Positions 40,348 to 52,294 are shown, numbered from the stretch's first letter. The stretch is 64,000 nucleotides of DNA from Octopus vulgaris (GCA_951406725.2 OX597817.1:99572001-99636000); one strand, 5' to 3'. Notes: generated from the letters alone by a model not told the origin. Program-made: numbers and translations.

Positions 40348-42700
40348 ATCATCATCATCATCATCATCATCATCATCGTTTAACGTCCGCTTTCCGCGCT
40401 AGCACGGGTTGGACGGTTTGACCGGGTCTGGGAAGCCAGGGGCCGCACCAGGCTCCAGTCTGAATCTGGCAGAGTTTCTACGGCTGGATGCCCTTCCTAA
40501 CGCCAACCACTCCGTGAGTGGATTGGGTGCTTTTTACGTGCCACCTGCACAGGGGCCGGAGGGTCCGGCATCGTCACGATCGGTTCGAGCATTTTAACGT
40601 GTCAGCGGCACGGGGGCAACGAGGTCCGGGGTACTTTGGGGATCCAGGGTACTTTGGGGATCCGGGGTACTTAGAATGAGTAGGGGGTATGTGGAATTGC
40701 TGCAGAAAGCAGCCCGGGTCTTTGTAGTCACAGCATTTATCGTCACTGAGTAAGGAAGGGTTGGTGTAGGTTCCTAAGAAATAAAGACATTCGTTATCGT
40801 CACTGAGTAACGTTATTAGGTAGAGGAAAGAATACAGATATTCTAGAGTTGAGTTGGGGAGGGGGGTCCAGTTGAGGTGGGTAATATAGGGGAGCAACCA
40901 GTGGGGAAGGTTGGGGTAAGGAGGAACGATGGCAGGAAGGGTTGGTGTAGGTTCCTAAGAAATAAAAACGTAGGATATTACGAGGCGGGAGGGTGCTAAA
41001 GGGGGATAGTCGGAATGAAGCAGTGTCAGGAGGAAGCGTAAGATCGGTGGGCAGTTGATGAGCTATGGCGCTAGCAGCTTGTCTTTTCACAGTGAAAGCA
41101 TATGAGGAGAAGGGGTAGTGGGGGGAGGAGGAGGGAGTAGGGCGTACCCGGTGTAGATGAGTAAGGCATATCCGGTGTAGATGGTGAGGACAGGGTATAC
41201 TGGTATTGGTGGTGGGGGGTGAGGAACAGTGTTCACCAGTATTGGTGGTGTTGGCGGTGAGAACAGTGTTCACCGGTATTGGTGGTGGGGGTGAGAACAG
41301 TGTTCATCGGTATTGGTGGTGTTGGCGGTGAGAACAGTGTTCACCGGTATTGGTGGTGGGGGTGAGAACAGTGTTCATCGGTATTGGTGGTGGGGGTGGG
41401 GGGGCGGGCGCACATGGGAAGAGATGGGATTACGGCTTGAGGTAGCCTTGCCTAAGGTTAAATTTTGTAGAGAGAGAGATAGAAAGATAAATCAAGTTAT
41501 GGCGAAGGCTTGAAAGTAGCCTTAAAAGGTTAAATTTTCGTAACAATGTATGAATAAACGTAGTAACAACGAATAGAAATATTAAGATAAATTTTTAAAG
41601 AACTTGCTGCGGACATCGGTCGGGAGTTGAAATTGAAGAAGTAAGTTAGTTGAATTGGGAATTTAAATTGTAGAATCGTAATGGTAAGAGGAGGAAAAAG
41701 ACCGCCAAATGGCTGAAAGATGGAAAGAGATGGGAAGAGATGGGATTACGGCTTGAGGTAGCCTTGCCTAAGGTTAAATTTTGTAGAGAGAGAGATAGAA
41801 AGATAAATCAAGTTATGGCGAAGGCTTGAAAGTAGCCTTAAAAGGTTAAATTTTCGTAACAATGTATGAATAAACGTAGTAACAACGAATAGAAATATTA
41901 AGATAAATTTTTAAAGAACTTGCTGCGGACATCGGTCGGGAGTTGAAATTGAAGAAGTAAGTTAGTTGAATTGGGAATTTAAATTGTAGAATCGTAATGG
42001 TAAGAGGAGGAAAAAAGACCGCCAAATGGCTGAAAGATGGAAAGAGATGGGAAGAGATGGGATTACGGCTTGAGGTAGCCTTGCCTAAGGTTAAATTTTG
42101 TAGAGAGAGAGATAGAAAGATAAATCAAGTTATGGCGAAGGCTTGAAAGTAGCCTTAAAAGGTTAAATTTTCGTAACAATGTATGAATAAACGTAGTAAC
42201 AACGAATAGAAATATTAAGATAAATTTTTAAAGAACTTGCTGCGGACATCGGTCGGGAGTTGAAATTGAAGAAGTAAGTTAGTTGAATTGGGAATTTAAA
42301 TTGTAGAATCGTAATGGTAAGAGGAGGAAAAAAGACCGCCAAATGGCTGAAAGATGGAAAGAGATGGGAAGAGATGGGATTACGGCTTGAGGTAGCCTTG
42401 CCTAAGGTTAAATTTTGTAGAGAGAGAGATAGAAAGATAAATCAAGTTATGGCGAAGGCTTGAAAGTAGCCTTAAAAGGTTAAATTTTCGTAACAATGTA
42501 TGAATAAACGTAGTAACAACGAATAGAAATATTAAGATAAATTTTTAAAGAACTTGCTGCGGACATCGGTCGGGAGTTGAAATTGAAGAAGTAAGTTAGT
42601 TGAATTGGGAATTTAAATTGTAGAATCGTAATGGTAAGAGGAGGAAAAAAGACCGCCAAATGGCTGAAAGATGGAAAGAGATGGGAAGAGATGGGATTAC

Positions 42701-42701
<1 letters not shown>
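40348..42701 (-). mobile_element. Composite non-coding RTE-tailed element B, inserted in the right arm of foldback 1
   Basis: 317-bp x 4 array, GCGCCCGCCC junction, 30-bp CCACCACCAATACCG repeats, RTE tail with (ATC)n. Confidence 0.7.
41414..42701 (-). repeat. Tandem array 317 bp x 4
   Basis: ATGGGAAGAGATGGGATTACG recurs at 41414, 41730, 42047, 42364 and 42681. Confidence 0.95.
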
Positions 42702-42744
<43 letters not shown>

Positions 42745-45326
42745 AGATACATCTTCAATTAAACTATTGACCGCCTTAAAACAGGTTTCAACAGACAAAT
42801 ATTACTATAATGGATAATATAAGCATATAACTACTTATACACACATACAATAAATACAGACACACACATTAGTCAGACATATAGCCACATATACACACAC
42901 TGCAAGAATATATTTATTTATAAAGTTTAAACAGAACATGGAATGAAATGTATTTATTTATAAACTTTAAACTGAACTTCAATTGTTTTATAAGCCTAAC
43001 AGCGAACCTGACGCAAATACACGAAGTTGACAACTTTCACTTCTGACAGCTAAAAGCATGACAGTATGCCAAATCTTCTTTTGCCCAATGATTTGTTCAC
43101 ACTTCAATTTTGCCCAATAATTTGTTGACACTTCAATTTACTATTTTCTAGAAATGTTTCTTTTCTAAATTATTGATATGTTATTTTTTTTCCTTGTGAA
43201 AATTCCGGGGGAGGGGGTTACCCCCCTTTCCGGAGCAATTCCGGACCAAAATATGGGATTTGCAGCATATTAGGAGGTCAAGTTACTTGATTCCACGCAA
43301 AAAATCTGATTTTTTTTTTCCTTGTGAAAATTCCGGGGGTGGGGGGGTTTAACCCCCCCCCCTTTCCGGACCAAAATATGGGATTTGCAGCATATTAGGA
43401 GGTCAGGGTACTTGATTCCACGCAAGAAATCTGAGGTTTTTTTCTTCTTCCTTGTGAAAATTCCGGGGGGGGGGGGGGTTACCCCCCCCCTTTCCGGAGC
43501 AATTCCGGACCAAAATATGGGATTTGCAGCATATTAGGAGGTCAGGGTACTTGATCCCACGCAAAAAATCCGAGTTTTTTTTTTTTCTTAGTGAAAATCG
43601 TGCGGGTGTTAATCTGTAATTTTACCAAAAATCATATACATTGTTTTAAGAAATAATTTATTTACTTTCTTTAAAAAATTCTTTTATTTTAGTCTGTAAA
43701 AACAACTCATTTGCATACGCGCAAGTCGTTGTAGGATCGACTACTTACGACTAGCTAGCGCGATTGCGCGCGCCGGGTCCAATCTTCACTAGTACCCGAA
43801 TGGTTTCAATAGTTTTAACAGAAAGATATGGAAGAATTAGATGAAAGTTCTCCGGTAATTTTCTTTCATGTAAATAAATGTTAATGTTAATTATACACGC
43901 TCCATGTTTAAACGTCGCCCAAGTTCTCCTGGGGTGAAATAAAAATAAACATAATTTCAATCGATTGTAGTTCTTAAAATTGATGTTTTTTAAAAGTTGT
44001 TTCTACGTTTTCATTTAATCATTTATATTATATAATTTTAAAATGTTTTTCTTTCCTTGAAGTTCCTATTCAAATGCTTGTAATGTAACCGAAAGCTTTT
44101 TCTTTCAAAATTAAAGTAAACAGTATTTTGTTTACGTTTCGGTATTTCAAGTAAACCTTGATATTTTTATACTCTCCCATTTTCTAGAAATACACTGCGC
44201 GTCACTCACGAATATTTTTAATCATGCAATATTTCTAATAAATTTTGGGTAAACTGTAATTCAATCATGCACTCTGTCCGAAATGTTAGATACTTTTTTT
44301 TCTCTTTTTAAAAGCAAACCAATACACCCCCCCTTTTTTTTAACTGCACTGTATCTTACCATCTAACCCTCAACTTATTTCTCAAATGATTTAACAACGT
44401 ATTATGATCAGCATTGAACTACTTCCGCATGTAGCGAGTTTTAACAATTAAATCTCGTCTCATTACGAGATAACGTTTGTGTTGGCGCCATTTACAATTT
44501 CAGCTGTTGTGATTTTGTCAGCGTATTTTTTGCAAAATGGTTATGCGAAATCAACTAACTGCTATAGCCGCGAAAGAGGATCCGCTACAGCTTGTTGCTT
44601 TTATGATACAAACCGTAAATACCTTTTATTCTGTCTAAAGCATACTCTTTGTATTTTTCATTTGATGAATTTTAAAATATTTATACAATAATTTTCTGTA
44701 ACAATATCTAGTTTGTCAAAATTACTAGGTGCCTTGCTTCAATTAATGATTATTCTAAAACTTTCCAATAGTTTGAATGATTTTAAATTTGGATTGCTTA
44801 CTTTAAAACGATGAAACTCTATTTTGTATTAATGCATTGGCAGACGTCAGCGATAGGTAGCACACACAGTTTGAATTTCTCCATTTTGACGAGTTTTTTC
44901 AGATTTTTTCACTGTGGCCTTGGAAATGATGGGGAGCATCTTATTAGAAAAGAAAAGTTTTCGAAAAATGATGATTTTTGTTTTGGTTAATATAAAGATC
45001 TCGGTCAAACTAAAGGGTTTGACCCCAGCAAAAACAAAGGAAAAATATAGTGTAATAGGTGTAAAACAACTTGCAAACGAATAGGAAAATAAAGGCATTC
45101 CTTCGATATAACTCGACAAAATCAAAACATTTCACTTCGAGTATTTCCGTGGGTTGTGGAGCATAGATATAACGAAATTATGCCAGCAATTTTAAACTTG
45201 AAGAAAAAAATCCTTGCATATTTGTTCTTACCTGTTTCATGTGTGTATGTAAAATCCGCAAATTTCCAAGCAGGAAACAGAATCGAACTGTCATTTGCTT
45301 CCACGGAAATACCCGGTGAAATGTTT

Positions 45327-48300
45327 AGATCTTTTCGGTTTGAACGGCAGTTTTTTAAAATAATTTCCACGTAACTAAACACTTTTAAACTTTGTATACT
45401 GGTAGAATGTGTTTATAAATCATTTTTTTCTCTTGGCTTTATTTAGAAAATTCTAGTTTGTAAGATATTTTTTGTCTTTTTTCTTCAATTTCTGCAATTT
45501 CAACCAATCAATGACGTCTATTGAGGTGAAAGCTTTCTGTGCCGTATGAATATGTCCCTCGTTTAAGAAACAGATTGGGTTTATTTATATTTGTGAAGAA
45601 AAAGATACCCTTCTCCCCACCCCTAACTCTAACCGTAACCAACCCTAACCCTAAAACAGATTGAAATGCAATAGGTCATAATTATGGGTGACAATTTCAT
45701 ATGACACCGCTAGGAAAAACTGCCGGTACTTGTCTATTGTCGTGGTCCCGGTTTCGCACACGCGAATTCGCGCGCGCGCGCGCCAGACGTAGGTACTCGA
45801 TACTCGAGATCCTACGAGGTGACTTGCGCATGCGCAGTGCAGAATTCGCGCATGCGCGTTACCCCCCCCCCTAAAAAAAAGGTGTTGGATTTCACTAAAA
45901 ATATATATGTGTGTGTGTGTGTGTATATATAACATTTTCAATTTTACACAAAAAAATTACATAGTCGCTTTCCTCGCGGATTTACAGATAAATGAATTAA
46001 TTACTATTTTACAGAATAAAATTAATGAATTAATTATATAAATTAAATAATTCTTGAAAATTAATTAATATTAATAATATTTTTTGAACAAAGTAAATAG
46101 TTTATAAAACCTGGTTAATAATTTTTTTTACACAAACGCGAACGTATATAATTTGTGAAACTTTTTTTTTTTTACAGACGTATATAATTTGGTAAACTTA
46201 ATGAATTAATTTCTTCTCATCATCATCATCGTTTAACGTCCATTCTCCATGCCAGCATGGGTTGGACGGTTCGACCGGGGATCTGGGAAGCCAGAAGGCT
46301 GCACCAGACTCCAGTCTTACCTGGCAATGTTTCTACAGCTGGATGCCCTTCCTAACGCCAACCACTCCGAGAGTGTAGTGGGTGCTTTTTACATGCCACC
46401 CGCACAGGTGCCAGGAGAGGCTGGCAACGGCCACGGTCGGATTGGTGCCAGTCGAGGCGGCTCTGGCATCGGCCACGATTCGGATAGTGCTTTTTACGTA
46501 CCACCAGTCCAGGGGTCCTGGCATTTGCCGGGTGCCACACTTGCCCCAACATGTCTTCGCAAGCAAAGGGGGTTGGCGTGGGTGCCTGTCGTGGGATGAG
46601 GTTCGATATCAACTTCGCTTGCCTCAACAGGTCTTTGTGTATAAATGTATAAATTTTTCGCACTAAATTCTTTCCGTAGAATTTATCAAAAAACGCGCAA
46701 AATTATTCCGTAGAATTTATCAAATTAAAAAACGCAAAATTAATATATTTTTTGAAATTGCAAATTATTTAGAATATAAAACAAATGAAGTTAAATTTTA
46801 AAAATAAATGTCATATACTTATACTCTGTAAGGTGCTGTGTTCACACTTCAATTTACTATTTTCTAGAAATGTTGCTTTTCTGATTGAAACAATTTTTCT
46901 CAATCTCCATTTAAAAGTCCATAATGCCTCTTGAGCCATATCAAAATGAACAACTTTGAATTACGCGGTGGTGGTGGTGGTGTGAGGTTCTAATTTTTTT
47001 TTCTGATCTCTCTTTGCCCCCCTCTTTATCTCAGTTGTTCATTCCGCTAATATTTAGAAAAATTTTCGCGCCCAATTTTTTGTTGTCGCGGGAAAAGATG
47101 AACGATTTAAAATAAATATATCTTAATTGTAGTGTGAGAAAGTATATATATTCTGATGACAAAATATATTATCTTTCAAAAACATCCCAAATTTATAGAC
47201 TATATCATGTAGGTTTAAGAAATATATATATATATATATATATATAAGAGAATGAAACATCTTTCATCTGTCTCTCCACCACACCTCCATCTAGGGGGGC
47301 AAAGAGAGATCAGAAAAAAAATTAGAACCTCACACCACCACCACCACCGCCGCCGCGTAATTCAAAGTTGTTCATTTTGATATGGCTCAAGAGGCATTAT
47401 GGACTTTTAAATGGAGATTGAGAAAAATTGTTTCAATTAGAAAAGCAACATTTCTAGAAAATAGTAAATTGAAGTGTGAACACAGCACCTTACAGAGTAT
47501 AAGTATATGACATTTATTTTTAAAATTTAACTTCATTTGTTTTATATTCTAAATAATTTGCAATTTCAAAAAATATATTAATTTTGCGTTTTTTAATTTG
47601 ATAAATTCTACGGAATAATTTTGCGCGTTTTTTGATAAATTCTACGGAAAGAATTTAGTGCGAAAAATTTATACATTTATACACAAAGACCTGTTGAGGC
47701 AAGCGAACTTGATATCGAACCTCATCCCACGACAGGCACTCACGCCAGGACCCCTGGACTGGTGGTACGTAAAAAGCACTATCCGAATCGTGGCCGATGC
47801 CAGCCTCTCCTGGCACCTGTGCGGGTGGCATGTAAAAAGCACCCACTACACTCTCGGAGTGGTTGGCGTTAGGAAGGGCATCCAGCTGTAGAAACATTGC
47901 CAGATAAGACTGGAGTCTGGTGCAGCCTTCTGGCTTCCCAGATCCCCGGTCGAACCGTCCAACCCATGCTGGCATGGAGAACGGACGTTAAACGATGATG
48001 ATGATGAGAAGAAATTAATTCATTAAGTTTACCAAATTATATACGTCTGTAAAAAAAAAAAAAGTTTCACAAATTATATACGTTCGCGTTTGTGTAAAAA
48101 AAATTATTAACCAAGTTTTATAAATTATTTACTTTGTTCAAAAAATATTATTAATATTAATTAATTTTCAAGAATTATTTAATTTATATAATTAATTCAT
48201 TAATTTTATTCTGTAAAATAGTAATTAATTCATTTATCTGTAAATCCGCGAGGAAAGCGACTATGTAATTTTTTTGTGTAAAATTGAAAATGTTATATAT

Positions 48301-48521
48301 ACACACACACACATATATATTTTTAGTGAAATCCAACACCTTTTTTTTTAGGGGGGGGGTAACGCGCATGCGCGAATTCTGCACTGCGCATGCGCAAGTC
48401 ACCTCGTAGGATCTCGAGTATCGAGTATCTACGTCTGGCGCGCGCGCGCGAATTCGCGTGTGAGAAACCGGGACCACGACAATAGACAAGTACCAAACTG
48501 CCGTTCAAACCGAAAAGATCC
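45327..48521. mobile_element. Second copy of the 28126 MITE family, right TIR split by foldback 2
   Basis: High identity to 28126-28538; TSD AAATGTTT at 45319-45326 and 48522-48529. Confidence 0.9.
45725..48494. mobile_element. Foldback element 2 (1.2-1.3 kb arms, 8-bp TSD AAACTGCC)
   Basis: 45725-47023 inverse of 47293-48494; GGTACTTGTC..GACAAGTACC tips. Confidence 0.95.
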
Positions 48522-48674
48522 AAATGTTTTGATTTTGTCGAGTTATATCGAAAGACTGTAAAAAAAAAAAAAAAAAGAAGAAAAAAAAAGCGCGCTGACG
48601 ACACTAGGAGAGGACTTTGGAAAAATTCACAAGATTTGATTTTTCCGTCAAAGCTTCCGGTAAAATGGATATAT

Positions 48675-49400
48675 ACTCTTTTACTTGTTTCAGTCATTTG
48701 ACTGCGGCCATGCTGGAGCACCGCCTTTTAGTCGAGCAAATCGACCCCGGGACTTATTCTTTGTAAGCCCAGTACTTATTCTATCGGTCTCTTTTGCCAA
48801 ACCGCTAAGTGTCGGCGACGTAAACACACCAGCATCGGTTGTCAAGCAATGCTAGGGGGACAAACATATACACACATATATATATATACATACTGGCAGT
48901 ATCGCTCGGGAAATAACTATAAAGCATTTTTAGAGAGCTATAGCCAAAAAATAGAAAAAAATTATGGTAAATTTTTTTTTGAGAGTTAAAACGGTCAAGT
49001 TGCGTCCCCTAGACAGTCTGTGGTTTGTGTTTCTGATTCTCGACCCCATGTCGAATTTATCGATTCTTTTCAGAACTGGGGGAACTTTTCAAAATTTTCG
49101 CTGCGTTAGTTTTGAATTATGACATTGGGCTATGTGTGTGTCAAGTTTCATCAGAATCGGTTGAAAGCCATGGTCAGGGTGAGGGTACAACCTGACAGAC
49201 ACACAGACAAACTGCCGTTTATATAGAGAGAGATATACGACGGGCTTCTATCAGTTTCCGTCTACCAAATCCACTCACAAGGCTTTGGTCGGCCCGAGGC
49301 TATAGTAGAAGACACTTGCCCAAGATGCCACGCAGTGGGACTGAACCCGGAACCATGTGGTTGGTAAGCAAGCTACTTACTACACAGCCACTCCTGCGCC
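48675..49400 (-). mobile_element. tRNA-derived Octopus-type SINE (OR-like), interrupted
   Basis: Head GGCGCAGGAGTGGCTGTGT (A box) and GGTTCAGTCC (B box), CORE-like segment, CR1-type tail. Confidence 0.85.
48892..49234. mobile_element. Non-autonomous Helentron/DINE-like insertion in the SINE microsatellite
   Basis: ACT(A/G)GCAGT start, (GACA)n microsatellite and TTTATATAGA..GAT end; cleanly splits the SINE. Confidence 0.5.
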
Positions 49401-49745
49401 TATATATATATATATATTTACAACTATATATATTTATATATTTTTTTTACGGAATCCAACGTTTTTGGTTATGAAAAAACAAAATTTTCAAAAATCCCAA
49501 TTTCAAAATTTAATGGGCCACATTTCGGATTGAGTATGTTACCATGATTTTGTGAGATTTGGCTGTTATTTTGGTAAATTTTTTGAGTAACGCCCGCACG
49601 ATTTTCACTAAAAAAAAAAGAAAAGAATTTCCGAAGCCTCCACTTCATCCCACCCAGTTTTATGGACCCCAAAAAGCATATTAGGTCAGAGTACTTGATT
49701 GCATGCAAAATATTATATATATCTATATATATATCTATCTATATG

Positions 49746-49777
<32 letters not shown>

Positions 49778-49810
49778 AAATATAATATAATATAAGTATA
49801 TGAATATATA

Positions 49811-52212
49811 TATCATCATCGTTTAACATCCGCTTTCCATGCTAGCATGGCTTGGACGATTTAACTGAGGTCTGGCAAACCAGATGGCTGCACTAGACTC
49901 CAATCTCATCTGGCAGAGTTCCTATAGCTGGATGCCCTTCCTAACACCAACCACTCCAAGAGTGTAGTGGGTGCTTTTACGTGCCACCGGCACGAGGGCC
50001 AGTTTGGTGGTACTGGCAACAGCCACGCTCAAATGGTGCTTTTTATGTGCCACCTGCACAGGAGCCAGTCAAGCGGCACTGGCAACGACCTTGCTCGAAT
50101 GTTTTTTCACGTGTCACAAGTACAAGCGCCAGTAAGGCGATGCAGGTAACGATCACGCACGAATGGTGCTTTTTATTTGCCATTGGCACGGAAGCCAGCT
50201 TGTTGCTCTGGCAACGATCACGCTTGTATGGTACTTTTAGCGCTACACTAGCACAGATGCCAGTCATCGAATTTGATTTCGATTTCACTTGCCTCAACAG
50301 GTCTTCACAAACAGAGTTTAGTGTCCAAATGAAGGAAATGTATGCATAAGTGGGCTGGTTACACCCCTAGCATAGGCCACAAGGTTATGGTCTCACTTGA
50401 GCTTGCTGAGTCTTCTCAAGCACAGCATATTTCCAGAGGTTCCGGTCACTAGTCATTGCCTCGGTGAGGCCCCATTTTTGTAGGTCATACTTCACCACCT
50501 CATCCCAGGTCTTCCTGGGTCTACCTCTTCCACAGGTTCCTGCAACCGCTAGGGTGTAGCACTTTTTCACACAGCTACCCACATCCATCCTCACCACATG
50601 GCCATACCAGCGCAGTTGTCTCTCTTGCACATCACATCTGATGCTTCTTAGGTCCAACTTTTCTCTCAAGGTACTAACACTCTGTCGAGTATGCACATTG
50701 ACATTACACATCCATCGGCACATACTGGCTTCATTCCTTGTGAGCTTACGCATGTCCTCAGCAGTCACGGCCCATGTTTTACTGCCATGTAGTATGGCTG
50801 TTCGTACACATTCCTCATACAGCCTACCTTTTACTCTGCGTGAGAGGCCCTTTGTCACCGGCAGAGGTAAGAGCTCTCAGAACTTTGCCCAGGCTATTCT
50901 TATTCTAGCAGCTACACTTTCAGTGCACCCTCTCCTGCTACTGACTTTGTCACCTAGGTAACAGAAGCTATCAACTACTTTTAGTTTTTCTCCCTGGAAT
51001 GTGGCGGAAGTTGTTCTCTGTACATTTTCAGTGTTTATTGCTCCTGAGCATCTGCCACATACGAAAACTATCCTTCCAGTTAGCCTTCCTTTGATATTGC
51101 TGCACCTTTTACGTGTCCATAGCTTACACTAGGTACATATAGATACCAACGCCTTTTCTACAGATCGAGTGGGGCCATCTACCTGAAGGGATTTGTGGTT
51201 TGCCTCTGCCCTCCTACTTATTAGGACTTTGGTTCTAGCCCTTTGATTCTAATCCTTGTTTCCATACTTGAAACTTCTCCTCTAGTTCTGTTAGTGACTC
51301 AGCAGTTAGAGCAAGGTTGTCAGCATAGAGGAGCTCCCAGGGGCATCCTGTCTTGAATTCCTCCATTATTGCCTGGAGGATTATGATAAATAGGAGGGGG
51401 CTAAGGACTGAACCTTGGTGGACCTCTACCTCTACCCAGAATTCTTCACTGTACTCGTTGCCAACCCTCACCTTACTGACAGCGTCCCTGTACATGGTTT
51501 GCACAGCTCTCACTAACCATTCATCTATCCCTAGTTTCCTTATTGACCACCAGATAAGGGATTGGGGGACCTTGTCAAAGGCTTTCTCCATGTCAACAAA
51601 AACCAGGTACAGAGGTTTATCTTTGGCTAGGTATTTCTCCTGCAGCTGTCTAACCAGAAATATAGCATCAGTGGTGCTTTTCCCTGGCACGAACCCAAAC
51701 TACATCTCATCTAAACTGACTCTCTCCCTAATTAGTTGGGCTATGACCCTCTCTGTGACCTTCATTACCTGATCCAACAGCTTGATACCTCTAATTATTT
51801 GTATCTAAAGCGTCACCTTTACCTTTGTAGCAGTTGACTATTATGCTGCTACACCAGTCATTGGGTATGACTCCTTCGTGTATCACCTAGTTAACTATAC
51901 GGGTGACTAGGCTATAGCCAACACTGCAAGGTATTTTGAGCATCTCTGCAGTAACTCCTGATGGATCGGGGGCTTTCTCTGCCTTCATACTCTTGATTGC
52001 TTTATCTACCAAGGTACTGTCAACTCGGATAGCTGGTCCCTCTGTTGGGTTGGCATTCGGCAGACTCTCTTTCTCCCATTCATTTTCTTTATTCAGCAAA
52101 CTTTCATAGTGGCGTCTCCAAACCTCTCTCTTTGCAGCCTCATTTAGTACAAGAGAACCATCATCCATGTGGACACATTTCTCTCCTACAACATCACAAT
52201 TCTCTCTCACAC
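49811..52212 (-). mobile_element. RTE-clade LINE, 5'-truncated (RT + 3'UTR)
   Basis: STTDAIF, VDMEKAFD, HQGSVLSP, LLYAD(N), LRWYGHV, RGRPRKTW; (CAT)n tail. Confidence 0.93.
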
Positions 52213-52294
52213 ACTATATACCATGCTAGCGACCCATGCTGGCATGGAAAGCGGACTTTAAACAATGATGATGATAATATACTATTTCAAAATA

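Larger units (their letters stand above)
38190..43626. mobile_element. Foldback element 1 (about 1.4 kb arms, 8-bp TSD AAAAATCA)
   Basis: 38190-39075 inverse of 42740-43626; 39240-39587 inverse of 39884-40235; three 120-135 bp subterminal repeats per arm. Confidence 0.92.
29003..43796. mobile_element. 14.8-kb TIR element (GGTAC ends, 8-9 bp TSD) filled with nested insertions
   Basis: 29078-29137 is the inverse of 43702-43761 (about 1 mismatch in 60); tips GGTAC..GTACC; flanks TGAATGGTT / CGAATGGTT. Confidence 0.8.
45096..48558. mobile_element. About 260-bp pogo/Tigger-like MITE, right TIR split by nested elements
   Basis: TTCGATATAACTCGACAAAATCAAAACATTTCAC (45102-45135) is the inverse of 45316-45326 + 48530-48552; ends CTG|TA. 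Confidence 0.75.

Noticed and set aside
35771-42701. 381-bp and 317-bp arrays as retrozymes
   Set aside because: Unit size fits, but no CUGANGA...GAAA core was found by eye on either strand (CTGATTAGAAA lacks the core and stems)
43800-45090. Host gene or transposase in non-repetitive sequence
   Set aside because: Only short AT-rich ORFs with no recognisable motifs
45725-48494. Palindromes as sequencing fold-back artefacts
   Set aside because: Clean 8-bp TSDs, arm-specific indels and a non-palindromic loop shared between two elements
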